Below, one piece after another: positions 38,047 through 47,632 of a stretch of DNA of 64,000 nt. Both the position numbers and the translations under genes were made by a program. The notes beneath the pieces were generated by a model, which searched no databases, was not told the DNA's origin, and worked only from the letters and a program-made list of their open reading frames with translations. Within the stretch, counting starts at the first letter, position 1; the number at the start of each line of letters is the position of its first letter. This DNA is from a bacterium (lineage in GTDB: Bacteria; Krumholzibacteriota; Krumholzibacteriia; LZORAL124-64-63): the NCBI GenBank assembly GCA_031441465.1, contig JANOEP010000035.1, forward strand, positions 12,785 to 76,784, in the 5' to 3' direction.

Positions 38047-39352
38047 CACCGAGCACGGCGCAGCTCCGGCCGTCCGACGACCGGGTCTGACCGTCGAAGA
38101 CATCGCCGCCATCTCGACCCTGATGGGGGAGAGCCCCGCCCTGTACGCGAGCCGCCGCGCCGCGGCGGACCGCTACGCGACCGTCGCGGACCCGGACCGG
38201 GTGACGCACCTGTGGCGCTTCACCGACCCGGGCCTGCTGTTGCCGGCGGACGTCACGGCGCGGGCCGCCGTCGCGCCGCACGAGGCGCCGCACACCGCGG
38301 GCGCCGCCGCCCGCGTGCTGATGCTCGCCGGGCTGCGGCCGCTGATCGCGGTCGACCTGCGGGCGCTCGCCGTCGGGCTGGTCGTCAAACCCCTGGCCGA
38401 GGCCGACGAGGAACTGGCGAATCTGGGCGACCGTCGCGGCGCCGCGGGCCGGGATCCCGAGGAGGGCCTGTTCCAGGCGCTCAACGGCGCGGCCTGGAAC
38501 ACCGGCCTCTACGTGGGCGTGCCGCGCGGCGTGATCCTGACCGACCCCGTGCACGTGGTGGTCGACGCGGCCGGCGGGTCGGTGCTGCCGCGCCTGGTGG
38601 TCGACCTGGGCGAAGGGGCGCAGGCCGTCGTCGTCGAGGAGCACACCGGCGGCGACGCCGGCTCGCGCGTCGTCGCGGCGAGCGAGCTGCACGCCGGCGC
38701 CGGCTCCCGCCTGCGCCACGTCCTGGTCCAGACCTGGCAGGAGGGCGTCTGCGGGCACCTGACCGCCCGCACCCGGGCCGGCCGCGATGCCGACGTGCTG
38801 ACCGTCTTCGCCTCCTTCGGCGGCGAGCGCAGCAAGGTCGAGCTGGCGACAGACCTGGCCGGCGAAGGCGCGCGCAGCGAGATGATCGGCGTCGTCATGG
38901 GCGCCGGCCGCCAGCGCTTCGACCACCACACGCGCCACCGCCACCTGGCCGGGCGCACCTGGAGCAACATCGACTTCAAAGCCGTCGCCGACGCCTCGGC
39001 CCGCAGCAGCTACACCGGGCTGATCCGCATCGAGCAGGACGCGCGCGGCAGCGAGGCCTACCAGGAGAACCGCAACCTCCTGCTGTCGGGCAGCAGCCGC
39101 GCCGACTCGATCCCCGAACTGGAAATCCTCAACCAGGACGTCAGCTGCAGCCACGGCGCCACCGTCGCGCCGGTGGATCCCGGGCAGGTCTTCTACCTGC
39201 AGAGCCGCGGCCTGGACCCGGACGAGGCCCTGCGCCTGGTCGTGCGCGGCTTCCTCGAGAAGACGCTGAGCAGCCTGCCCGAAGACCTGCGCGAGCGCCT
39301 CGAAGGGCTGGTCGGGACGCGTTTGGCGGCCCTGCAAGGGAGGGCGTCGTGA
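38039..39352 (+). CDS. sufD: Fe-S assembly protein SufD
   Basis: [42 protein letters not shown]. Confidence 0.92.
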
Positions 39353-40644
39353 AAGCCGGCGAGCGGTCGTTGAGCGCCCCGGCCGGCGTCGTCCCCTGTG
39401 CGGGACAGAGCGAGGGTTGCGAGCGCTGCGGCGGGCTGGCCCGCGAACGCTTCCCGATCCTGCGCCGCGCGGTGCACGGTCTGCCGCTGGTCTACCTGGA
39501 CAGTGCCGCGACCTCGCAGAAGCCCGAGCAGGTCATCGGCGCCGAAGCCCGTTATTACCGCGAGCACAACGCCAACGTCCACCGCGGCATGCACGCCCTG
39601 GCGGCCGAGGCCACCGACCTCTACGAACAGTGCCGCCGCCGCGTGGGCCGCTTCCTGGGCGTGACGCGCCCCGAGCAGGTGGTCACGCTGCGCGGCGCGA
39701 CCGCGGCCCTGAACCTCGCGGCCGGCGGTCTGGCGCACCGGCTGCGCCCCGGCGACGAGATCCTCGTCACCGAGATGGAGCACCACGCCAACCTCGTGCC
39801 CTGGATCGCGCTGGCCCGGCGCGAGGGCCTCGTCCTGCGCCACCTCCCGGTCACCGACGGCGGCGAGCTGGATCTCGGGCGGCTGCCCGATCTGCTGACC
39901 GACCGCACTCGGGTGGTGGCGCTGGCCCACGTCTCGAACGTGCTGGGCACGATCAATCCCGTCGCCGAGATCGCGGCGGCCGCCCACCGCCGCGGCGCGC
40001 TGGTCGTGGTGGACGCGGCCCAGTCGGTCGGCCACCTGCCGGTGAACTTCGCCGCGCTGGGCGCCGACCTGCTGGCCTTCTCCGCGCACAAGTGCTACGG
40101 CCCGATGGGTCTGGGCTTCCTGGTCGGGACGCCCGAGGCGCTCGCCCAGCTGGAACCCGTGGAGTTCGGCGGCGAGATGATCGAGACCGTGACGATGGAC
40201 ACCGCCACCTGGGCCGCGGCGCCCTTGCGCTTCGAAGCGGGCACGCCCCACGTCGCGGCGACCGCCGCCTTCCCGGCGGCCCTGGACCTGATCGAGGAGT
40301 TCACGATCGAGCGCCTGCGCACGCACGAGATGTCGCTGACCGGTTACGCCTGGGATCGTCTGTCGGCGCTGGGCGGGTTGGTTCTTTACGGCCCGGCCGA
40401 TCCCGCGGCGCGCGGCGGCCTGATCAGCTTCCACGACCCGAAGCTGCACGCTCACGACCTCGCTCAGCTGCTGGACGCCCGCGGCGTCGCGGTGCGCGCC
40501 GGCCACCACTGCGCCCAGCCGCTGCACCGGCGGCTGGGGGTCGCGGCCACGTCGCGCGCCTCCTTCGGGCTCTACAATTCCCACGACGACATCGACGCCC
40601 TGGTCGACGCCGTCCGCTACGCGAGGAGCGTGTTCGGCGCATGA
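39349..40644 (+). CDS. sufS: Cysteine desulfurase SufS (group II)
   Basis: YLDSAATSQKP, NANVHRG, EHHANLVPW, SAHK (PLP Lys), FEAGTP, RAGHHCA. GTG start overlaps the sufD stop. Confidence 0.95.
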   Translation: MKAGERSLSAPAGVVPCAGQSEGCERCGGLARERFPILRRAVHGLPLVYLDSAATSQKPEQVIGAEARYYREHNANVHRGMHALAAEATDLYEQCRRRVGRFLGVTRPEQVVTLRGATAALNLAAGGLAHRLRPGDEILVTEMEHHANLVPWIALARREGLVLRHLPVTDGGELDLGRLPDLLTDRTRVVALAHVSNVLGTINPVAEIAAAAHRRGALVVVDAAQSVGHLPVNFAALGADLLAFSAHKCYGPMGLGFLVGTPEALAQLEPVEFGGEMIETVTMDTATWAAAPLRFEAGTPHVAATAAFPAALDLIEEFTIERLRTHEMSLTGYAWDRLSALGGLVLYGPADPAARGGLISFHDPKLHAHDLAQLLDARGVAVRAGHHCAQPLHRRLGVAATSRASFGLYNSHDDIDALVDAVRYARSVFGA

Positions 40645-41114
40645 GCACCGGGATGGACGATCTCTACCGCGAGGTGATCCTCGACCACCACCGCCGCCCG
40701 CGCGGCTCGCGGGCGCTCGCGCAGCCGGACGCCGAGGCCGCCGGCAAGAACCCCTCCTGCGGCGACGAGCTGACCCTGCAGCTCGCCTGCGACGGCGACC
40801 GCATCCGCGAGGCCTGCGTGGTCACCCGCGGCTGCGCCATCGCCACGGCCAGCGGTTCGATCCTGGCCGAACTCGTCGTCGGCCGCACCCTGGACGAAGC
40901 GCGCCGCCTCGCGGAGGCGTTCCGCGCGGTCCTGCACGAACCCGCCGGCGAGCTGCCCGACGATCTCGCGCCGGGGGATCTCGACGCCCTGATCGGCGTG
41001 CGGCAGTTCCCGATGCGGGTCAAGTGCGCCGTGCTGCCCTGGATCACGCTGACCGAAGCCGTCACCGCCCGCACCGAAGGCCGCGTCGCGGCCGAGACCA
41101 CCACGGAGGCCTGA
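40641..41114 (+). CDS. sufU: SufU/NifU-like sulfur transfer protein
   Basis: LYREVILDH, NPSCGD, GCAIATAS, RVKCAVLPW. Confidence 0.93.
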   Translation: MSTGMDDLYREVILDHHRRPRGSRALAQPDAEAAGKNPSCGDELTLQLACDGDRIREACVVTRGCAIATASGSILAELVVGRTLDEARRLAEAFRAVLHEPAGELPDDLAPGDLDALIGVRQFPMRVKCAVLPWITLTEAVTARTEGRVAAETTTEA

Positions 41115-41115
41115 G

Positions 41116-41433
41116 ATGAGCACGCCCACGCCCAACGCCGTCGTCGAGGCCCTACGCCCGGTCATGGACCCCGAGCTGAACCTGTCCATCGTGGATCTGG
41201 GGCTGTTACGCGGCGTGCAGGTCGAGGACGAGACGGGCGACGTGACCATCGAGCTGACCCTCACCAGCCCCATGTGCCCGATGGGCCCGCAGATCGTGGC
41301 CGCCACGCGCGGCGCCGGCCTGTCGGTGCCCGGGGTGCGCAACTGCCAGGTCGACCTGGTCTGGAGCCCGCCCTGGGACCCGCGCGCCGACGCCACCGAG
41401 GACGTCAAGGCCGAGCTGGGGATCTGGGACTAG
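41116..41433 (+). CDS. DUF59/SufT Fe-S assembly factor
   Basis: DPELNLSIVDLGL, TLTSPMCPMG, LVWSPPW. Confidence 0.92.
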   Translation: MSTPTPNAVVEALRPVMDPELNLSIVDLGLLRGVQVEDETGDVTIELTLTSPMCPMGPQIVAATRGAGLSVPGVRNCQVDLVWSPPWDPRADATEDVKAELGIWD

Positions 41434-41437
41434 CCCC

Positions 41438-42511
41438 TCACTCCACCCACTTCGTCACGAACACGTTCGTCTCCCGCGGCCCGCTGTGGTGGCGGTTGCT
41501 GCAGAAGACGAACGTCTCGCCGTCGGGCGCCCACATCGGGAAGCCGTCGAAGCCCTCCGCGTAGGTGACCCGCTCCAGGCCGGCGCCGTCGTCGCCGACC
41601 ATCCACAGCTCGAACTCGCGGCCCTTCGGCTCGGGGTAGTTGCTGCTGAAGATGATGCGCCGGCCGTCGGGGTGGAAGAAGGGCCCGAACGAGGCGCTCT
41701 TCAGGTCGGTGACCTGCCGCTGGCCGGTGCCGTCGGCGTTCATGACCCAGATCTCCATGAGCGAGGGGCGCACCTTGTCCTGCGCCAGCAGGGCGCGGTA
41801 GTCGTCGAGCGCCGGTCCCGGCTCGGGATGCAGGCAGCGGTAGCAGATCTTCTTGCCGTCGGGGGAGAAGAAGGCGCCGCCGTCGTAGCCCGGGGTCGTG
41901 GTCAGCCGGCGCACATCGCCGCCGTCGAGGTCCATGGTGTAGATGTCCAGGTCGCCGTCGCGCACCGAAGTGAAGACCATGCGCTGGCCGTCGGGGGAGA
42001 TGGTGGCTTCGGCGTCGTAGCCGGGGGTCGCGGTCAGGCGGGTCACGGCCCCGGTCGCGAGGTCCTGCTTGACGATGTCGTAGTCCCCGAAGACGCCCCA
42101 GACGTAGCCCTGGCTCATGTCGGGCGGCGTCGGGCAGCCGGAGCCGGCCAGGGACGTGGTGGCGTAGACGATCGAGCGGCCGTCGGCGGTGAAGTAGGCG
42201 CAGGTGGTGCGGCCCTCGCCCGAGGACAGCAGTTCCGGGTTCCCGCCGCCGGCCGGCATGACCATGATCTGGTCGCAGGCGTGCGGCGGCCGCGTGGTCT
42301 GGAAGATCAGCCGCTGCGAATCGTAGCTGAAGTAGGCCTCCGCGTTCTCGCCCCCGTCGGTCAGCATGGTCAGCAGCGAGAAGTGCCGCTCGCGCGGGTC
42401 GGGCAGGTGCACGCGGGGCAGGGGGCCGGCGGCGGCGGCCGTCGCCAGGGCGAGGGTGGCGAGCTGCGCGGCGGCGAGAGAGGAGACGGCGAGCGGGGCG
42501 AAGGGACGCAT
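41438..42511 (-). CDS. Secreted TolB-like PD40 beta-propeller protein
   Basis: Signal peptide; repeats GENAEAYFS, GYDAEATISPDG, GYDGGAFFSPDG, FDGFPMWAPDG. Confidence 0.85.
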   Translation of the reverse strand: MRPFAPLAVSSLAAAQLATLALATAAAAGPLPRVHLPDPRERHFSLLTMLTDGGENAEAYFSYDSQRLIFQTTRPPHACDQIMVMPAGGGNPELLSSGEGRTTCAYFTADGRSIVYATTSLAGSGCPTPPDMSQGYVWGVFGDYDIVKQDLATGAVTRLTATPGYDAEATISPDGQRMVFTSVRDGDLDIYTMDLDGGDVRRLTTTPGYDGGAFFSPDGKKICYRCLHPEPGPALDDYRALLAQDKVRPSLMEIWVMNADGTGQRQVTDLKSASFGPFFHPDGRRIIFSSNYPEPKGREFELWMVGDDGAGLERVTYAEGFDGFPMWAPDGETFVFCSNRHHSGPRETNVFVTKWVE

Positions 42512-42628
42512 CGGATCCTCCGGTAGGCGCATGTAATTATAGGACTGTTCCGGTCGCAATCTAACATGGGGAGCCGTCGGCTCCAAGCCTCGCTTGTCGC
42601 CGACCGCCGGGCCCGTCCTGTCGGGAGG

Positions 42629-43741
42629 TCAATACTCGAGTCCGATCATCAGGGAGACCTGGGTGCGGTGGGGCTCATCGGCGAAGAAGCCGCGCAGGGC
42701 TTCGGCGGTCACCGACACGTTACCGGACGCCGTGTAGATGCCGGCCAGTCCGCACTGCCGACGAGGCGCTTCGGGCAACTCACCGGAGGACTCGAAGCGG
42801 GCGGCGACCTGCCAACGCGGGGTCAGCCGCACGGCCGCTTCCAGGTTCAGCGCCGAGGGTTCGACTTCTTCCTCGTGCAGGACGCCCGGCGCGAAGCCGG
42901 ACAGGGCCCGGACGAACTCCAGTCGGCAGGACCAGGCGTCGCCTTCGAGAAAGCCGTACAAGCCGAGTCCGGCCACCGGACGCGTGGACGGGTCCGAGGC
43001 CGCGCCCACGGTTACTTCCCGCCGATCCGCGCGCAGCTCGCGCAGTTCCACGGATTCGCCCAGGTCACGGGTCCAGGAGACGCCCAGGCTCAGTCCCTCC
43101 CGCGGCTCGAAGCACGAGGACACGACGCAGTCGATCGCACCGGCCCCGGCGTGCTCTCCCTCCAGGACTCCCACTTCGAGGACACCCCAGGCGCCGGTGA
43201 CGCCGATCACGAGGGATGCGTCGTCGGTCTCGGCGGCGACGGCCACCAGGGGATCCTCGACGAAATCGGATTCGAGCTGCCCGAAGGGCAGCACCATGCG
43301 CCCGAGCTCGGCGAATAATGGCCAGCGTCCGCCGCCGTCCGCGCGCAGCGCGGCGTCCTCGACCCGCAGACCCCTTCCGCTTTCCGTGTCGTACTTGAGG
43401 CCGACTTCGGCCGTCAGGTGGCCGCCGGACCAGTCGAGGTCGACCTCGTCGAAGGTGAACTCGTTCGTGGCAGTTCCAGCCTGCCGTTCGCCGGCCAGTT
43501 CCAGTTCGGCGCCGATCGTCAGGCCCCAGGGAAGATGCGCGCCGTGGTCCGTTTCGTCCTCGTCCCCTGCATCCGGATCGGCGGGGGTCGCCTCATGGAC
43601 GGCCCACGCCCGACTCGCAGCGGCGTGCGACGCCGTGACCGGGAACCGGACGAGCGTCGCAACGACGGCGAGGATGATGAAACCGGCCGAGGAGGGCCAC
43701 GGTCTTCCGGGGGACCCGAGCCCGGCAACCGGGCGTCTCAT
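42629..43741 (-). CDS. Outer-membrane beta-barrel porin, LbtU-like
   Basis: Signal-like N-terminus, amphipathic strands, GRMVLPFGQLESDFVEDPL motif, C-terminal ..IGLEY. Confidence 0.65.
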   Translation of the reverse strand: MRRPVAGLGSPGRPWPSSAGFIILAVVATLVRFPVTASHAAASRAWAVHEATPADPDAGDEDETDHGAHLPWGLTIGAELELAGERQAGTATNEFTFDEVDLDWSGGHLTAEVGLKYDTESGRGLRVEDAALRADGGGRWPLFAELGRMVLPFGQLESDFVEDPLVAVAAETDDASLVIGVTGAWGVLEVGVLEGEHAGAGAIDCVVSSCFEPREGLSLGVSWTRDLGESVELRELRADRREVTVGAASDPSTRPVAGLGLYGFLEGDAWSCRLEFVRALSGFAPGVLHEEEVEPSALNLEAAVRLTPRWQVAARFESSGELPEAPRRQCGLAGIYTASGNVSVTAEALRGFFADEPHRTQVSLMIGLEY

Positions 43742-43757
43742 GGCGACACGCGGCCGC

Positions 43758-45212
43758 TCATGCCGGCCCCGCAGGCGTCTTCGGCGCCGAAAGCGTGATG
43801 GAGAAGTCGCCCCCGGCCTCGGTGGTGACGCGGACGGCGAGGCCGAGGGTCGCGGCCGTCCTCCCGATGAGGGCCAGCCCGAGCCCGCAGTGCAGACCCG
43901 TGTCGCCGCGTGCGGCGTCGCCCCGCACGAAGCGCTCGAAGAGCGCGGGCACCACGTCCTGCGCCACCCGGCTGCCGCTGTTGGTCACCCGCAAGCCGGG
44001 CATTTCGTCCTCCGGCGTCGGTTCGATCCTGACGTACCCGTTCTCGTCCGCATGCTCGATGGCGTTCGCCAGGATGTTGCGGACCACGGTCTCCAGCAGC
44101 GCGGGGTCGGATCGCAGGGGCAGCGAGATCGGCAGGCATTCGCGGAGCTTCAGGCCGCGCGCACGGGCGATCCCGGACAGCGAACCCAGGATCTCTCGCG
44201 TCATCCCGGCAAGATCGACCTCCCTGCACTCGACCGGCAACTGTCCGGATTCCAACCGGCACAGGAGCAGGAGGGTCTGCACCATGTCCTGCATGCGGGC
44301 CACGATCGTCAGCGATTCCTCCAGCGTTCGCCGGTAACCGGCGGCCTCGCGGGGTCGCGACAGCTCGACTTCCAGGCTCGTGCGCAGTCCGGACAGGGGG
44401 GTCCTCAGCTCGTGGGCGATGTCGGCGCTGAACGTGCGCTCGCGCCGGAAGGCGCCGTCCAGCCGCGCCATCAGCTCGTTCAGGCGGGCCACCACGGCCA
44501 CGATCTCCAGGGGCGTGTCCGGCAGGTCGATCCGGCCGGTGAGGCAGGCCGCGTCCAGTGCCGCGATCTCCCGGGCCAGGAGGTCCAGTGGTCTCAGGCC
44601 TCGTCGCACCTCGGATCTCAGGACCAGGAGCACGGCCAGCGCAGTGGCCAGGCCCACGACCAGCAGAAGGCCCCGCAGCCGGACGAGGGTGGCGTCGATC
44701 CCGGAGGTGTCCCTGGCCAGCACGAGCGTGATGCGGGGAATATCGGGGGTCGGCGTCAGGTGCGTCCCGCTCGCGTCCTCGGGTTCGTCCTCCTCGATGT
44801 CGAGCCGCGGCGCGAACTCCAGTTGGACGACGCGCACGCGCTGTCCGTCCGCCAGCGTCAGCGAACGCTCGAGGGGGTCGTCGCGGGTCCCCGCCAGGGG
44901 GGCGAGCCCGCGTCGGTCCGCCCGCTTCGACGCGAAGAGGAGCGAGCCGTCGCTTTGCCAGAGCAGCAGGTGGCTAGGCTCCCGCTCGCGGCCGAACTCC
45001 CGCATGTCGTATTCAGCGAAGTCGACCTCGAGACCCTTGGTGGTGAGCGCCAGAGTCGAGGCGAGCAGGCGCGACTTGTCCTCCAGCGAACGGTCCAGTT
45101 CCTGCAGCAGGACGCGCCGGGCGCCGGCGTCGACGATGACGCCCGCTGCACCGAGGATCAGCAGCACCCCGGCGGCGCTGCCCAGGAGCATGGCCCTGCG
45201 GATGGAGCGCAT
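43758..45212 (-). CDS. Sensor histidine kinase (CusS/CzcS/QseC-like)
   Basis: Two TMs, HAMP, FSADIAHELRTPL, NILANAIEH, LFERFVRGD, GLGLAL. Confidence 0.92.
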   Translation of the reverse strand: MRSIRRAMLLGSAAGVLLILGAAGVIVDAGARRVLLQELDRSLEDKSRLLASTLALTTKGLEVDFAEYDMREFGREREPSHLLLWQSDGSLLFASKRADRRGLAPLAGTRDDPLERSLTLADGQRVRVVQLEFAPRLDIEEDEPEDASGTHLTPTPDIPRITLVLARDTSGIDATLVRLRGLLLVVGLATALAVLLVLRSEVRRGLRPLDLLAREIAALDAACLTGRIDLPDTPLEIVAVVARLNELMARLDGAFRRERTFSADIAHELRTPLSGLRTSLEVELSRPREAAGYRRTLEESLTIVARMQDMVQTLLLLCRLESGQLPVECREVDLAGMTREILGSLSGIARARGLKLRECLPISLPLRSDPALLETVVRNILANAIEHADENGYVRIEPTPEDEMPGLRVTNSGSRVAQDVVPALFERFVRGDAARGDTGLHCGLGLALIGRTAATLGLAVRVTTEAGGDFSITLSAPKTPAGPA

Positions 45213-45887
45213 CTATTCCTCCCCGTCGAGAACGTAGCCCAGTCCGCGTCGGGTGCGGATGAGGCGCGGTTCGCCCGCCAGTTCCAGCTTCCGGCGCAGG
45301 TAGCCGACGTAGACGTCCACGACGTTGCTGCCGTGCTCCGATTCGAAATCGTAGATGGACTCCCAGATCTCGTCGCGGGTCACCACGTGCCCCGCGCGGT
45401 GCGCCAGGAACTCCAGGATGCTGTACTCGCGGGCGGTGAGCTCGACGTCCCTGCTCCCCCGCCGGACCCGGCGGGCGGCGGTGTCGATCTCCAGGTCGGC
45501 GATGCGGATCGTCGGCGACGACTTGTCGTAGCCCCGCCGGACCAGGACCCGCACGCGCGCCAGCAGTTCCTCGAAGGCGAAGGGTTTCACGAGGTAGTCG
45601 TCGGCGCCGAGGTCGAGGCCGCCGACGCGGTCCGTGACCGAGTCCTTCGCCGTGAGCAGGAGCACGCGGTCCGGGCGTCGTTTCGCCCGCAGGCTCCGCA
45701 GCAGTGTCAGCCCATCGATCACCGGCAACATGATGTCGAGCACGATGAGGTCGTACGCGCCCGCCTCGATGTAGGCCAGGCCATGCTCGCCGTCGGCGAC
45801 GGCATCCACCGCGTACCCGGCTTCGCGCAGGCCACGGGTGAGGGAGTGGCGCAGCGGTGTGTAGTCTTCGACCACGAGAATGCGCAT
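45213..45887 (-). CDS. OmpR-family response regulator
   Basis: ILVVED, LDIMLP, GADDYLVKPF, ELTAREY, NVVDVYVGYLRRKL, TRRGLGY. Confidence 0.95.
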   Translation of the reverse strand: MRILVVEDYTPLRHSLTRGLREAGYAVDAVADGEHGLAYIEAGAYDLIVLDIMLPVIDGLTLLRSLRAKRRPDRVLLLTAKDSVTDRVGGLDLGADDYLVKPFAFEELLARVRVLVRRGYDKSSPTIRIADLEIDTAARRVRRGSRDVELTAREYSILEFLAHRAGHVVTRDEIWESIYDFESEHGSNVVDVYVGYLRRKLELAGEPRLIRTRRGLGYVLDGEE

Positions 45888-46003
45888 GACTCGAGTCTAG
45901 CAGGTGCTACCCCCGATTCCTACGGGAACGCGCCGACGCCGACTGGATATGTGCATCGCTCTCATCGTGCTCTTATGTGCGTGCGGGAGCGTAATGCGGG
46001 TCG

Positions 46004-46035
46004 CTCATTCACCCTTCATCTGCGGGCCGTAGGAT
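46004..46035 (+). promoter_or_regulatory. Candidate OmpR-type binding site and -10 for the lipoprotein gene
   Basis: CTCATT-cacc-cTTCATC direct repeat with 11-bp period, 9 bp upstream of TAGGAT; a weaker 11-bp pair lies at 45962/45973. Confidence 0.45.
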
Positions 46036-46119
46036 GAGTCACGAACGAGCGGCGCCGACGGGAGCCCGGTGTTCCCGGATCCGGTGCCGGCCAACATGCT
46101 GACCAAAGGGAGGCTCGAC

Positions 46120-47451
46120 ATGAACATGCTCAGAACAGCGCTCTGGCTGCTCGGCGCGTCGTTGCTCGCGCTCGCCGGTTGCGGCGAGGATTCGACGAAC
46201 GGTCCGGACGGCGTCGTCATCGATCCCGCCGACTACGTCGACGGCGTCGACAATCCACACTGGCCGCTCGTGCCCGGCACCGTCCTGATCTACGAGGGCG
46301 AGAGCGGCGGCGAGAGCGAGCGGATCGTCGTGGAGGTGTCAGCCGCCACGAAGAACATCCTCGGCGTCGCCTGCATGGTCGTCCGCGACCGCGTCTGGAT
46401 GGACGGGGAACTCGTCGAGGACACCAGGGACTGGTACGCCCAGCACGTCGATGGTGACGTCTGGTACTTCGGCGAGGACAGCCGGGAGATCGAGGACGGC
46501 CAGGTGGTGGGCACCGAGGGCTCCTGGGAAGCCGGCGTGGACGAAGCCGAGCCCGGTGTCGTCATGCGGGCGGATCCCGAGGTTGGCGAGACCTACCGGC
46601 AGGAGTATGACGAGGGCGAGGCTGAGGACATGGCGGAGGTGCTGAGCCTCGGCGCGCCGGCCGCCGTCGCCTTCGGGGACTTCCCGAGCTGCCTGCAGAC
46701 GCGCGAATGGACCCCGCTCGAGCCGGGGGTCGCCGAACACAAGTATTACGCGCCCGGGGTAGGGCTGGTCCTGGAGGTCAAGGTCGCCGGCGGCGCCGGC
46801 CGCGTGGAACTGGTGGATGTCGTCCCGCCGGCCGCGCTCCCGGTCCCCGGCGAGTTCACCACCGCGATCGACAATACCTACTTCCCGCTCGTGCCAGGGA
46901 CCGTCTTCACCTTCGAGGGCGAGTCCGACGGCGAGAGCGAGCGGATCGTGGTGGAGGTGCTCGCCGAGACGAAGATGATCCTCGGGGTCACCTGCGTGGT
47001 CGTCCGCGATCGGGTCTACGTCGAGGACGAACTCGTGGAGGATACCCTGGACTGGTACGCGCAGCACATGGGCGGCGACCTGTGGTACTTCGGCGAGGAC
47101 AGCCGCGAGATCGACGGCGGCGTGGTGGTCGGCACGGCTGGCTCCTGGGAGGCGGGCGTCGACGGCGCCCGGGCGGGCATCGCCATGCGGGGGACGCCCC
47201 AGGCGGGAAACGTCTACCGCCAGGAGTTCTTCGCCGGTGAGGCGGAGGATATGGCGGAGGTTGTCGGCATCGGCGAGTCCGTGTCGGTGGCCTACGGCGA
47301 CTTCGTGAACTGCGTGCGGATCCGGGAATGGTCGCCCATCATTCCCGGCATCGTCGAAGACAAGATCTACGCGCCGGGCGTGGGGCTCGTCCGGGAGATC
47401 GCGGTCGAGGGCGACTCCGGCGCCATCGAACTGACGGGCATCACGGACTGA
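46120..47451 (+). CDS. Acidic lipoprotein of unknown function made of two highly similar ~200-aa domains
   Basis: Lipobox LALAGC; motifs such as DN.(H/Y).PLVPGT, DWYAQH, WYFGEDSREI, GSWEAGVD, AEDMAEV and YAPGVGLV each occur twice. Confidence 0.85.
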   Translation: MNMLRTALWLLGASLLALAGCGEDSTNGPDGVVIDPADYVDGVDNPHWPLVPGTVLIYEGESGGESERIVVEVSAATKNILGVACMVVRDRVWMDGELVEDTRDWYAQHVDGDVWYFGEDSREIEDGQVVGTEGSWEAGVDEAEPGVVMRADPEVGETYRQEYDEGEAEDMAEVLSLGAPAAVAFGDFPSCLQTREWTPLEPGVAEHKYYAPGVGLVLEVKVAGGAGRVELVDVVPPAALPVPGEFTTAIDNTYFPLVPGTVFTFEGESDGESERIVVEVLAETKMILGVTCVVVRDRVYVEDELVEDTLDWYAQHMGGDLWYFGEDSREIDGGVVVGTAGSWEAGVDGARAGIAMRGTPQAGNVYRQEFFAGEAEDMAEVVGIGESVSVAYGDFVNCVRIREWSPIIPGIVEDKIYAPGVGLVREIAVEGDSGAIELTGITD

Positions 47452-47459
47452 CGGCGGGA

Positions 47460-47487
47460 GGGCCCGGCGGGAGCGACCGCCGGGCCC
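47460..47487 (+). terminator. GC-rich hairpin after the lipoprotein gene
   Basis: GGGCCCGGCGG-gagcga-CCGCCGGGCCC; no clear U tract. Confidence 0.5.
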
Positions 47488-47632
47488 CGGTCAAGTGATT
47501 GCAGATCACATACATCCAGAATCGGCGTCACCCGCGATCGCTGATCTTTGAAAGTTGAAATACCCATCCCCGGGTGCTACTAGTTACGCGATCGTCTCGA
47601 AACAACCAGGGCGCCAGCGCTGGAGTGTGTCC

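Larger units (their letters stand above)
42601..47487. repeat. Exact 14-bp direct repeat CGACCGCCGGGCCC (42601-42614 and 47474-47487) flanking a four-gene cassette
   Basis: Both copies read directly; both lie in the short intergenic spacers bounding porin-HK-RR-lipoprotein. Confidence 0.6.

Noticed and set aside
42601..47487. Calling the cassette an autonomous mobile element
   Set aside because: No integrase, transposase, terminal inverted repeats or tRNA target; reported only as a repeat-bounded islet.
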